Below, piece after piece: positions 1-12,050 of a DNA stretch of 64,000 nt (position 1 is the stretch's first letter; each line of letters starts with the position of its first letter). A program made the translations under genes and the position numbers. A model generated the notes under the pieces. The model saw nothing but the letters and a program-made list of their open reading frames with translations. It made no database searches and had not been told where the DNA came from. The DNA comes from Raillietiella orientalis (lineage: Eukaryota). The stretch spans positions 1-64,000 of the forward strand of contig JAYWIR010000089.1 in assembly GCA_036172245.1 (NCBI GenBank), written 5' to 3'.

Positions 1-1328
1 GGACATTTGCGTGCTTTCTATCGCATTGCACTGTAGAAGAACCGTCGACGAGCTTTTCTTCCGAGTGAACGATTAGCGTATGGCCGCAGCATTCATAACC
101 GTGCAGCCAAAGACGCGGAATCGCAGTGGCTGTGCTGGCCGCCAGAATACACAGCCGATTCTCCTCATGGCCATTTCCAGTTTCGGGACAGCTGGACGCT
201 TGTCACCTCGTGCAACTACAAGCAAAACATTTCTCCGGTATCGCAGCAGTCATGCACAACCACGAGATTCCCATGTTCTTCCCATGCTTTCCCAATGCTC
301 ATTTATGGCATTTCCCCTTCCTTACGAGGCATCGAATCGCGCGATGCACAATGTCCCGCTGCAGTGGATGAAGCAAACAGCTCGTTTTCCTTCATCTGCG
401 CTTATCTGTTTGCACAGAAACGTCCTTGCCACATTTGGGTGAAAATACCTTGTAGCCAAGTGCACCTTACAATACATACTTCTCCTCTGTCCGCATGTCC
501 ATCCACGTCCAGTAGTGCTGCTGCAACGACGCTGCTTTATGCACGTGGAGAAGGCAGAGAATGTGCACAACCTCACCGGTCCTCAACCGACTTCCTCCTC
601 GTCAAACTTGAAGCCTTGAGAGCTAGAGCTTCCCCTCGAGAAGCTCCCTGCTTACTTCCACACATGCCCTGTCGTGGACGGCTGTTCCACACCAACTAAC
701 CCCTAGCCACCATCACATCAAGTGCCAAACCACACGAGCCACCACAAAAAGAAATCGTACAGCCTGCCCCCTCGATTGCAGCACGCAACCGTGCCACGCA
801 CGTGTGCTCAATCGCATGCATGGCCTACCGATGAAACCAACGAAAAAACACACGATGAGTGTACGAATCACGCGCAAATACATTTCCACCAAACGGAAGA
901 ATTGCCTCCACGAGTACTTTCGTGTCGCTCTTCAATAAAATTCCGTTTCCATTGCAGGGTACGCCCTCACATTCGTTCTTCGGCCGATTCACTTTCACGT
1001 GTGCTCGCAAACGGGCTGCTGATCTACCCTTCAAAAGGCACTTTCCCTCGAACATACGAAACGGAAGTTTGGTAAAACACAATCCATATTTTCGTGATTC
1101 AATTCGGGCCGTCAGAAGATTTTCCACTGCTGCGGTGTTCCCAACACCTTTCCAGCAAGTTAGTCAGTCAGTCAACGAAATCAAGAAGGAAGAACGAAAT
1201 GCCTCGGTGAAATACCGCATTCAACATGACGTAAGAAATACAAAAACTGCACCCTGCTGATGAAATTCGGCAGCAATTTATTATGGGAACGATCGAAACA
1301 AAGGAAGCATCTTTATTTTCGTTTTCCT

Positions 1329-4300
1329 TTAATATTCGGCAGCAAACGGATAATACGGATGATCCACAGTCCTGCAGGATCAACTTGCAAGCATCTTTAC
1401 ACGTCACGTCATTCCCTACCATGCCAAAGAAATGTATCGCTTCTGTTTATTTAAGGCGAGAAGTCGGCTCATGTCTTCATTGTCCAGCTCAAAATCAAAA
1501 ACGTCAATGTTTTCCTCGATACGACCTTTGTTCGCAGACTTGGGGATGACCGCAATGCCACGCTCGATCTACATTGCATCCGCAACGGGCTTTCCAACCA
1601 CGTTCTTCCATTTACCTGAAATCGTATCAGGATCTGCGCGACCGTTTTCTTATGTTTCTGTGCAATGGACCGAATGCACTCATCGTCAAAAAGACTAGCA
1701 TCATCATCCGAAGACCAAGGTCGATCTCTTGATCCCAGTGGACTGTAGGCCGTCAACACAATGTTTTCAGATTCGCAATATTCATGCAATTCGCTCTGGT
1801 TCAGGTATGGATGACATTCCACCTGAAACACACGAGTTCCATCTCACACTACGACGTCCTGCAGCACACCTGATTCACCACAGGTCGAATAGTGCACACA
1901 TCCAGAATTCGCTTCATCTGCTGGCTGTTAAAATTCGACACTCCAAGAGAGCGCACCAATCCTTTGCCAACACACTCTTCCATGGCAGTCCACGTATCCA
2001 CATAATCAACGTCACCGTATAAGAGTTTGCCAGAAGCGTCTTTGGGGAACAGCTCGTCTCCTTCCTAAGGAACAAACTGGAAATCAGCTTGGTGTTCGCC
2101 ATTTCCTTAACATTCCTTGAAAGCCATGGGCCAATGCATCAGATACAGATCCACGTAATCCAACTGCAGATCTTTTAGACTTCTCTCCAGTGCAGGTAAC
2201 ACCAGAGCAGGACGATGGACAGTAGACCACAATTTGCTGGTTACAAAAATTTCATCCCTGCTCATCGTGCCATCCTGGATTTTCTCCGCAATGGCGCTTC
2301 CCACTTCCGCTTCATTTTGATAGACGAATGCACAGTCGATGTGGCGGTAGCCCACGGATAGTGCATGCTTCACTGCTTCATATACTTCTGTAGGTTTCGA
2401 CTAACACAAGGATTGCTAATCAGAAAAAAAAAATTGGCAACAAATACATGTTTCAAGTGTTTTCAATAAAACTTTTGTCCAATGACTTTACCCATCCTTC
2501 TTCAGTTTCACTTCAGACTGATCTGCGTCCATTCCAGTTTTCACCATGTTAGTAATTCGAAACGTTTCCTGATTACGATTGCAACGTAAGCACCACTAGC
2601 AGTGAAGTGTACTATTTCAGAACAACAAAGCATACACACACTCATTTCTGCCAAACAGACTGCTGTCCATTATTGGAAGACCTGAAATCTGTTACATCAA
2701 CGTGGCCAGGAGAAAGTGAACTGTTACGTTGTTTGAAATATCTACCAGTGATCAAAATTAGGTTGCAGTTCATGTACTTCCATTCTTACCCAGAACCGGT
2801 AGAAAAAAATAACAAGCGTTACCAACTCGGTTTCAGGGTCGAAATTACACACATGAACACCACTACATGTTAGGTAACACAAGGAATTCTTTTCACGCCC
2901 AAGATTCTCAAAATAAGCAAGAAGCAATTGGTACAACCTATATCTTTCTGCTTCATCCACTTCTTTTAAGAGAACGATCCTTCTCTGTTCAGAGCATTGC
3001 ATGTTAGGGTGGAAGATTCCAACAAACATGAAACGAAATACTTTTCGTTTTCATTAAGACCATCATGAGCCCTCTAACATGATGCACACCACTGTCAAAA
3101 TTGCTTCAAATCACTCAAATCAGTACAATCTTTTATGCAAGAAATTCGGATTAGCAATCAACTTAGTTTGCAGTCAAGTAACAAAGAACCAAAAAACAAA
3201 CAAATCTCGGCACAAACAGATTTTATTCATCAAAATCCTATGTGAACACTGGTATATTGAATCCACACAGTCACGACCCGAATGCATTGCAACTCTTCTT
3301 CAGAAGAGAAAAGTAAATTAGGAGCATCTTTCAAGGCCACTTCCCTCATGCTTCCACTCCCAAAAAACTTCAATGTTGCCTTGAATGTTCTTAGTTTCCA
3401 GGTTTCAAAACCTTAAACCAGTGCATTCAATTCCTGGAAATCTCATGCTAAACATATCCAAACTCTCAACATTCCAAAAACACAAAGTCCAAACATTAGT
3501 CTTCAGTCTTGCAATGTTCTTCTTGAATAAACGGCTCTTTAGAATTTCTCTTACTGCTCTACTATTAAGCTCTTCTTCCCACTTACCCTCTTCTTGAATT
3601 TCATTCTACATAACCAAACTGTTCCCAAAACACAGTTTATGAATTCAAATCATGCACATACTCATAGTCACTATTTCACAGAATTCCATGATCACCATGC
3701 CAGGGGACTTCCAAATAATGCATTTCATGCATCTCTGGGCAGAAACAAACCTACCTCCCTTGTAGCACTCACTTGCAAACAAATGCAGACATTATTGCAA
3801 AGCATTCATGCAATTCATGCACTTCTTCTTCTTATCAAAGTATCTTTTCACTTCTCCAATGAGTTGTTCCTTTCTTCCTAACATGGAGAACCATTTTCAG
3901 CAGCAATCAAGTTTTGCCAGCAGACTCAGCAAGTGTAATCAAGCAAACCAATTGCATTCTCTCTACCGTGTTAACCGAGTGGATCTCCTTTGGACACTTC
4001 ATTGATTTTCTTCAACTCAGCCATACCGCTGACCCTTCTACAGTAGCAAAAATCATTGTCTGGCATCGACGTGCAGTGAAAGCATTCTTAACCATCTTAC
4101 TTACGCAAGCCACAAATGCTGCTATTCACTTCAAAAACTTTACTTATTTCCCCTTCACTTGCCATCTTCAAGTCTTCCTTGATCCCAACCGGACACACTC
4201 CTCTTTTTCAGCACTCTGCGTTCAGTGCTCCGCATAGGCGTTTGCAAACATGCAAACCATGCCCAAGTAGCAACGAATGCAATCGAATACTCTTCCTTTT

Positions 4301-5182
4301 CCTTTTCTCCTCCCACTTATTTGCTCTGTTCATTCGGCGGTCTTTCATTTTCTGCCATCCCAATCAACGCATTCTCCGCAGTTTCCTTTTGCTTTCACAC
4401 ACTCACATGCATACAGGAATTCCTTTCAAGCAAGCAAAACAACAACTTACTCCAAACGCACGTGCAAAATCAAAATACCCACACGAATGGAGAAAATACT
4501 TTCATTCTTCTTGCCTACCCTTTACTTATTTCCTAACTGCTTGACATTCGAATTTCAGTAATCACAAGAAAGCAAAGCGCTCACCACTTCTCCGCATCCT
4601 GGCCCACATCCCCATTTGCCAAAGCTCCTCAACAGAAAAGGCTTCTTCAGCTATGGGCAGCATTTCTGTGCAAATAAATGCACGCACTCGCATTCCCACT
4701 GAGGCATGGGCCTCGAAAACTGCACCAATGCACAGCAACGTCCTTTATCCACACACCTTCCCGAACCGAGAAACATGCTTTGCACATCTTCCTCCAGGCA
4801 CCAGCCCTGCTCCCCGCCGCTTTCCTCCAGCAGCCTCCGGGGCCGTCTTTTGCCCAAGTACCACCGACCTTCCGTTGCGTGTGGGTGCCGCCCTACGCCT
4901 CGCACGACCGGTCGCAAGCCCTCCAAGGCTTCCCTCCACTTCCAACTCAATCTTCAAAGAAATCCAACAAAAATCCAACAAGCACCGCCAGCAGCACGAC
5001 TGGCAAGGAATGCTCTCTTCGGAAGGGGTCACCACAGCCCCCCTTCCCACGCACGCGCAGCCGCCAGTCGAAACGAAAAGTAAATTAGGATTGCGTCCCC
5101 GAATTACCTTCCACGTTCCCAAACCCACGACCGGGATCGTCAAGCTGTTGGAAAGAGCAAGCTTTCGGCCGGCTTGCAGCAT
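1329..5182 (-). CDS. Aldo-keto reductase family 1 (aldose reductase-like), 6 exons: 5182-5108, 2400-2116, 2064-1870, 1822-1616, 1568-1420, 1371-1329; about 317 aa
   Basis: Spliced translation gives [70 protein letters not shown] and a HPYYPF C-terminus. The D/Y/K/H catalytic tetrad is intact and exon phases are consistent. Intron 2 appears to be GA-AG. Confidence 0.95.
2450..4600 (-). mobile_element. Possible heavily decayed non-LTR retrotransposon remnant in AKR intron 1
   Basis: [26 protein letters not shown] (in ORF 2742-3029) resembles the RT domain-1 motif IVLLxK...YRPIxLL. There are many stops and the boundaries are guessed. Confidence 0.3.
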
Positions 5183-5299
5183 CACGTGGCCCGCGACTCC
5201 CAGACAACCAGCAAAGGCACTTTCGCGTGTCACCGTCACCCGACCACGTGCACGTACCACCAAGCAGCAGCGCAACACACGCCCCCCCCTCTGCCTGCT

Positions 5300-8200
5300 C
5301 GCAATTCAGCTCGCCGAATGCATTCGCTCGCCCGAGTTCGTCTCGCGGCCGTGATTTGCAGCACCTTTTTCCTGCTCTTCCCCATTTTCCGTTCATTCCT
5401 TTGCATTTACGAATGCACGAGAAACGTCCAGCAGTTGGCAGAAGAGTCATTCGCAGTGCTCGTCCGACATGGGCTCGAAACCGAAGCTCAATGCACAATT
5501 CAGGGTTTTCGTCCATTACGCAGCTTTCTCTGATTTCCGGGCACTCGATTTCGTGAAACAGCAGCTTCTCCATTTGTTCACGACCGAACTCCTTCAGCAT
5601 CCCGTATGGCAGCTACGAGACCCTTCCCGTTCACGCGTTTCCGATTTCCTGAATCCCTCCTCCTGCCAGGCAGACTGCGCCATTCTTCCTGCGCACGTGG
5701 CCAAGCAGCCCTTTCCTGATTAGGCAAGCAACTCGCCTTTGAAGAAACGGACGAAGGACCTGCTTAGAATTGCCCTTTGGGGAAGAGGGAGGCCCCGAGT
5801 CCCGTTGAAGGACTTGTGTGCTCCACGTCGGCATGGCGGTCCCGGCCTCTTGGCGATGGAGCGAGTAGAGATTCAGCTGCGATGGCGAACTCTCGCCATC
5901 GCAGCGAAGTTATGGAGCACCCCTTGGTGCGTTCCGGCCCGACTGCTTGCCAGCCGTGTATCCGGGACGGAGGGTCTCGCGTCTCATCTTCTGTGCCGTG
6001 GCTCGAAGATCAAGAGATGCGGACTTCTCCTGGGACGCATGGCAACTCTGGCTAAGGAAAACGGCTGGATGGTATGCAGCCCCGCCAACTCCTCCGCATG
6101 GCTGGAGGAGACAGCTGGCACGTGGGCGAAGATTAATGAAAAGAATGAAGAGATGTGGAACTGACTGCGACGCGGCGCCTATTCCCGCTGCACTCTGCGG
6201 AAGATACTCCAGTGTCCCGCGAGAAGCACGTGGGCCGAGACCACGCCCCTAGCTACGGCGTTCTCCAGCAGCCGCAAGCCTAGGTGCCAAGTGTCCTGCC
6301 GCATCGCAGGCAAGGAGAAGTTGATGAGCGGCTGGTCCATGGGGGAACTGGCGGACGCCACTACCCCTAGTGTCCAGCCGAGAGGACTTACGAGATGGGG
6401 CGAGCTGCTCGGCATCCAGCCGGATGACCTGAAGTGGCCCCCGGTATCGATTGGTTCCAGGATCCTCCCCCTGAAGTGGCAGGAGTCGGCGCTTCTGTTG
6501 TTGCATTGGGGTCTACCCTGCGACGCACGCCGCCACCACTGGACCAGGGGTCGAGTGGATCCTGCCTGCATCAGGTGTGGGGAGCGGCAAACCCTCCCCC
6601 ACCTCCTTGTTGATTGTGCTGCCCTCCGACCCCTGCGGGAACGTCTTCGTGCCTCCCTACGGATCCAGGAGGGCAGCCAGCCCAGAGACGTTTCTCGGCT
6701 TCTGTTCGTGCAGGATGCCCTGCGACCAGCCGCAGCCCTGGCAGCACTCTGCAGCGTCCGAGGAGTTGTGACGTGCTGGAGCGACGTCGGAAGACCGAGC
6801 CACGACAGGGATGCCGTCGTACTTGCAGTCCGCTACCTGCGGATTGCGACCAGATGGCCCCACCTGCGAATTATGCGGACGGACCTGGAGGGCATCCTGC
6901 AAAGGATGGACCCTCCTCCCAGTGGTCACTGATCGCTTCCCATCCCTCCGAAATTTTTTTTTTCTGTGTTTACGTTTTATTTTCCTTTTTGTTTTTTCCC
7001 CCATCCCCTAACGCTGCCGAGCAGAGTCGCACCGGTCTGCGTACCGGCAACCCGGCAGGTCCTGTTGAGTTGGCCGTAGCGGGGCCTCGTACCACGAATT
7101 ATAGAGAATTTCGAATAAACGCCCCGGCGTGACCGGGTGGCAACAAGCAACTCGCCTTTGCCATGTTCCGACGTTCCCGAAAGGGCTCAAAACCGCAGCC
7201 CACAACTCTCACCCGTTCCCGGAAGGGCTCTACTTGCAAACGAAAAGAGTACGAATGCACAAAGTGCGCAAGCGTGCAGGAGAGAGCGCTATTCAAGAAA
7301 TGACGTGTGCAACGGGCAAGCTGCACACACCTCGAATTCCAAAGAAAACAAAAAGGGCTACTGCATGCTGCAGGGATTTCGAATAGCACTTTCTTTATGG
7401 AACTTCGCTGCGAGGCTGTTTGGGCCTCGTCTTGCCGCATTCTGTATTTCACGCCTTCGTTTCATGCCTTTTCCCTCACAGCACGGCTTCCGCGTGCGTG
7501 GAAAAGTCGGCGCTAATGCCCACCAAGCAAAAGTATGCGGGAAAAACGTGTCAGCAGGCAAGATGACGTTCTTGATGAGCCTTGAAAGAAAAGCAAAAAC
7601 CTCAATTTGGAATTCGATTCCTGGATGCTGCCTGCCTCCTGAACGGGAAGGTGGAGTGCGTTTTTCTGCAGTTCTTGAATCGTGGGGGCTGCCCAAACTT
7701 ACATGAACGGTTTGCTGATTTGCTGGAGTGGCGATGAAATCTCCAAGTGCGAGTCGCACTCTTCGGGGATAGAAAGGATGGGGTTTGAAAGTATTGGGGC
7801 GGCGCGCCGGGGACGTCCATCTGCCCTTCGCTCTGCTCTTCCTGCAGACGGAACCAAGATGACGGAACGACGTGGGACACACTCGGGTGGAACTTGCCGG
7901 AAGCCTGGGAAGCATGCAGAGGACGCCCTGCAGCGGACAGCGATCCCTTCCCACATCTTTGCTTTTTTTCTCGCTTTTTCTTTTGGTTTGCCCCTCCGCT
8001 GGCGAGGCGAACCTGGCCTGCCTGCGTGCCGCTCACTGGCCAGCTTTCGGGCGTTTGGCAACGTTGTTTGTTCTTTTTTATAGTGAACGTCCGGGCGTGC
8101 CGTCCACCAGCGCGCTCGTCCAGGAGATTGGCCTGCAATGCCGCGGGGGGACAACCAGCCGATGAGGAAACTTTCCATCAGCTGTCGCCTGCTTCGTGGG

Positions 8201-8700
8201 TGGACTGCCAAGCCGCACGGACGGCTCGCGTTCCGAGTGGACGTTTGGTTCGCTTTCGCTGACCAACTGCAAGCCCGACAGAGATCGGAATGCCAAGTGG
8301 ACGCAGGCCATGATCGGGACGCAACTGGACTTCCGGATTGTGGGGCTTTGTGTCGAGTTATGGACGATTGCGTGCTGTGCTCCCGCGCTTTGCTCTTGCG
8401 GCGCTGCACCAGCAACGGACGATGTCCATGCGCAAGCAAAGGACAGCGTCCGTTGCTGCCGCACGCAAGCACTTTCCCCGCCGAGGGAGCTCGCCTCGCT
8501 TCCGGAAGCTCAGTCCTGCATACACTGACATCAAACAAAGTACAACGGGTGGTAGTAGGAAGCGCGAGCGATCAATGAGGAGGAGTGGTAGCTCTTCGAA
8601 CTTTGTTGCCATGGTGTGCGATGTTTGAGAACCAGGACAAGTGCACTCGCCCTTTGCCGCAACGCTGCCTGCCCCAAGGGCAAGCGTTGTTAGTCGCATA
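5300..8700 (+). mobile_element. Old decayed L1/Tx1-like LINE (RT to zinc-finger region), interrupted by the younger insertion at 5742-7143
   Basis: Degenerate RT-like stretches lie on both sides of the insertion: WNSIPGCCLPPEREGGVRF (~7610-7665, GGLG-type motif) and DCVLCS..LLLRRC (~8365-8410). Confidence 0.45.
5742..7143 (+). mobile_element. 5'-truncated L1/Tx1-like non-LTR retrotransposon with a 17-bp target-site duplication
   Basis: Post-RT motif ALWGRGRPRVPLKDLCAPRRHGGPGL; zf-RVT-type CIRCGERQTLPHLLVDC (ORF 6291-6932); pyrimidine-rich 3' UTR; exact TSD caagcaactcgcctttg at 5725-5741 and 7144-7160. Confidence 0.9.
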
Positions 8701-8734
8701 CCAGCAAACTCAAACGTTTCCGGCAGTCTGCTAA

Positions 8735-9570
8735 GATGAAACTTCAGAAACCACGGTCTCTTGTCTTCTATCGCTTCCCATATCTCTTAGAAAGTCATCA
8801 GTGGTCCCTTCTCTCTCGTTCGGAAGTTTCGATGTTTCCCACTTGCGCGTCGGCATGTTTCCAATCCAACGTCCTTTCGCCCGTGAACTTTGTTTCTTTT
8901 CTTTTCCAGAATGATCCCTTCTTCGCGACCAAATGGTAAACTGCTGACCGTTCTCCAGGCTTTCGATAACTTTCGTATGTTGGGCCAAGCACTGGTGGTT
9001 CTCCTTGAAGAGCACCAGGTCGACGGCTAGCAGGGAGGGAATGGTGTGTCGTCTCTTGCGGACGTCGCCAGGCCCGTCGACGTTTCATATAGCAACGACA
9101 AGTTGATTGTAGGTGGCGAGTGTATGGGAAGGTGCTGGGAAGGTGATCCTGCGGCTGGCGCTTCGGGTCCGGGTGGCATGCACCTTCCCAATTCGGCGGC
9201 AACGCCCTCCGCATTGATCGGCTCGGGCGATGAAGAGTGTCAAGCGAGCATTCCTGCCCAGCCATGGTCGCCGTAGCTTTCTTTCAGTAGGGTTCCCATT
9301 CCCCGGAAGACACAATCCCCTTGGGACTGCAGAACTTCCGTCCAGAATTCCCAATTCGTGAGGACGCGGATGGGGAGCCTCCGCCCCACAGGTGGTAGTC
9401 CTAGGTCTGGTCTTTTCGCGTCCTTCAGTCCGACTACTGCACCATCCCACTACCGTGTGATCGATCTTTCTTCTCGAGTCAGAAGAAGGTCAAATGGAAA
9501 AGGTCAAGGGCGCGACCTCTCAGTATTGATGGCCATATTTCGTATGTAGCTGGCATTTTCTAGCCAACGA
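8735..9570 (-). repeat. Inverted, internally deleted copy of 39515-40950 (downstream part of a decayed LINE)
   Basis: Long near-identical runs occur in both places, e.g. cccggacccgaagcgccagccgcaggatcaccttcccagcaccttcccatacactcgccacctacaatcaac and acgaaatatggcca.caatact.agaggtcgcgc. Confidence 0.85.
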
Positions 9571-9730
9571 TTTCATTTTTTATTGCAACCCGGATGCGAA
9601 GCGTCCTCTGGTGGTTGTCAGGGAACACTCGGGATTCGTTTGCTCAGTTACGATATTCAAAGGAGAAAGCAAACACAGTCTGGACTGCAGGCGCGCCTTT
9701 CGCAAAGAAGGAAGAACCAGCAAGATATTG

Positions 9731-10086
9731 ATGTGGGGTCTGGGAGCAGCGGCGGCTGCAGCCTGGACCTACCGTGAAGAGGTGTGTGGAGCCGGTGCGC
9801 GGCCGCCTTCGCCCTGGCAGTTGGTTGCGGGTGCCTTCCGACTGCATACCGCAGGGGTGCAGTCCACCTTCGGGTGTGCTCTTTCGCACCCCCCTTGGCG
9901 GTTTTTCTTGCTGCCCCTGTGCTGATGCCGTTTTATTTGCAGATCTGGAGCGCTGTCAAGCGAGCATGCGCAGCAGGGACTGCTAAGAACGAGGGCAGCA
10001 GAAAGGAAGAGGCTGCCCGCCGTGCTCTGTCGAGGGGCAGAGGACGGCTGGAGTCGGGAGCGCATGCCTCTCGACCGGTCACGTGA
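9731..10086 (+). CDS. Candidate two-exon microprotein, copy 1 (9731-9781, 9943-10086; 64 aa)
   Basis: GAG|gtgtgt donor and ttttatttgcag acceptor give in-frame MWGLGAAAAAAWTYREE|IWSAVKRACAAG... Confidence 0.4.
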
Positions 10087-10392
10087 GTCGGAGAAACGAG
10101 GGCGTGTTTCCAGTTACTGGCAGGGAGTGGCCACAGGTGGCGGTCGTTGCTGACTCTTTTCGCAGCGATCCGAAGTGCTCCATGAGCTACTGATTGTTCT
10201 GTAAGGGAGAAGAAGATGCCCTTCGACGCGGCACCGAAGGCACAGCTGAATTTCTTCATGAATGGTCTCCTCGGTTACACTGCAGAATTTCTTCATCGAT
10301 GGTTTCCTCAGTTACGATATTCAAAGCAGAAACCAAGCACACGCCGGACAGCAAGCGCGCCTTTCGCCTATCAGCAAGAAGAAACGGGCGCA

Positions 10393-10774
10393 ATGAACGG
10401 ACGGAAGATTTTGATGTGGGGTCTGGGCGCAGCGGCGGCTGCAGCCTGGATTTACCGGGAAGAGGTGAGTGGAGCCGGTGCGCGGCCGCCTTCGCCCTGG
10501 CAGTTGGTTGCGGGCGCCTTCCGACTGCCTAGCGCAGGGCAGCAGCCCACCTTCGGGTGTGCTCTTTCGCACCCCCCTTGGCGGCTTTTCTTGCTCCCCC
10601 TTCCCTGTAATGATGCCGTTTTATTTTCAGATCTGGAGCGCAGTCAAGAGAGCCTGCGCAGCACCGACTGATAAGAACGAGGGCAGCAGGAAGGAAGAGG
10701 CTGCCCGCCGTGCTCTGTCGGGGGGCAGAGGACGGCTGGAGTCGGGAGCGCATGCCTCTCGACCGGTCACGTGA
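10393..10774 (+). CDS. Candidate two-exon microprotein, copy 2 (10393-10464, 10631-10774; 71 aa) with a hydrophobic N-terminal segment
   Basis: GAG|gtgagt donor and ttattttcag acceptor give MNGRKILMWGLGAAAAAAWIYREE|IWSAVKRACAAPTDKNEGSRKEEAARRALSGGRGRLESGAHASRPVT. An Inr-like TCAGTT lies at 10308. Confidence 0.5.
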
Positions 10775-10799
10775 GTCTCCGACGCCACCGCTTTTTTCA

Positions 10800-12050
10800 C
10801 AAAGTCTGTTCTTTTCCAGGAGACGAGGCCCGGTGAGGCGATAGGCGTGCTGCTATAGCCGCTGTCTGGGGACCCCCTGGGGCACCAAGGGGGAGGTGTC
10901 CCAGGGGAAGGTGTAAATAAAAAATTTCTCTTCCGAAAAGGTTGGTTCTTGTTTTTTCCGGGCAATTGGAAGGGGCGGCCGCCATTGCACTGTGTTCGTT
11001 TCGAGCCCGTGCACTTGGTCACCGCATTCGTGTGTTCGGAAACGACGCGCTTGGCCGACTGCCAAGTACCGGTCTCCCGAATCAAGTGTTTGATGAGGAA
11101 CCGATGTTATCAGGAATGGAGTACGAGATTTTTTCATGAGACGTGCACCGGGAAATCCGGTTGAGAAACATCGGTGGCGGTCGAGCGTCCCTGGTCCTCA
11201 TCGTCCAACAGACCAGCTGCTGCAGACTGCCAGACCGAACGCTCGGCCCTCGCCTCATACTCCGTGAGGTGCCAGTCATCCGGGACTGTGGAAAAAGGGG
11301 TGCGAGTCTGCAGAAGCGCTCTGCGGTTGGCCACACCTCCCCGGAAGCCGCGGCAGCAGGTGCAAGAAGAACGGGCAGCAAACTCGCAGACCGCTCTTTT
11401 CGGATGGTCTCAGTTCGCAAGCTCATGAAGGACGAAGCCCCGGAGGTGCTGGCGAAGGCGTTTTGCGGCCACCCGAGGGCTTGATCTGTCGGCCTGCATC
11501 CTTCGGACTTGCAATCGAGATTCCTTGCCTTACGGAAGAAGCTCCCATTCCAGCCCTGTTTGGTCGGTGAACATGGACGGCACGCCATCCTTCTCATCCA
11601 TTCGGGAAAGCCGCCGTTCGTCGAGGAACGCGTGGTCCATCTGTTTGTTTTGATTTTGTGTTGTACACGTGGCTTCCCACACCCCTGCAAGTTGCCTGTT
11701 CATTGTTCATCTCAGGGTGGGCAGCAACGGACCAAGAGGTTTGGACGTTGTCCAGTGCACATTCCTGGTCTTCTTCACGCTTTCCGTCAGCGGCGTACAG
11801 CTGCATGTGCTGTTTCGTAGGCAGATGTGTTCTGTACTCGCTCGTGACGTCGATTTTGTTGTACTCGAAAAGGACCGGTTCTCAGATCATGAAGAAGTGT
11901 TCTACGATCTGGGATTCTCTAGGAAGCAATTCGGAGAGCATGAATATGGTGGCCTCGTTGATCCTGTACTCGACGGATGTCTAGGTGACACATCACAAGA
12001 AGAATATTACTGGACACCGAAACACATGCACTGCCAGAGGAACTCAGCCT
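10800..12050 (-). mobile_element. Decayed LINE RT remnant
   Basis: LLP*GKESRLQVRR...RVAAKRLRQHL and SKPLGP resemble RT domain 0-1 motifs; multiple stops. Confidence 0.35.

Larger units (their letters stand above)
9644..10777 (+). repeat. Two direct repeats of about 450 bp (9644-10089 and 10308-10777)
   Basis: Direct alignment; both begin tcagttacgatattcaaa and end gaccggtcacgtgagtc. Confidence 0.95.

Noticed and set aside
2061..2112. Selenocysteine UGA created in AKR by GT...AAG splicing
   Set aside because: The position is a non-catalytic loop, no SECIS was seen downstream, and the GA-AG solution restores the normal sequence.
7005..7070. Twister ribozyme (CCUAACGCUGCC resemblance)
   Set aside because: The second copy lacks the UAA core and the downstream twister motifs are absent.
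4653..8700. Long Arg/Pro/Ser-rich overlapping ORFs (e.g. 4653-5354, 7699-8538)
   Set aside because: These are shadow ORFs of GC-rich promoter or retroelement DNA with no domain signal.
9644..10777. LTR pair / TRIM element
   Set aside because: No TG...CA termini, PBS or TSD seen; conserved splice signals favour a duplicated gene segment.
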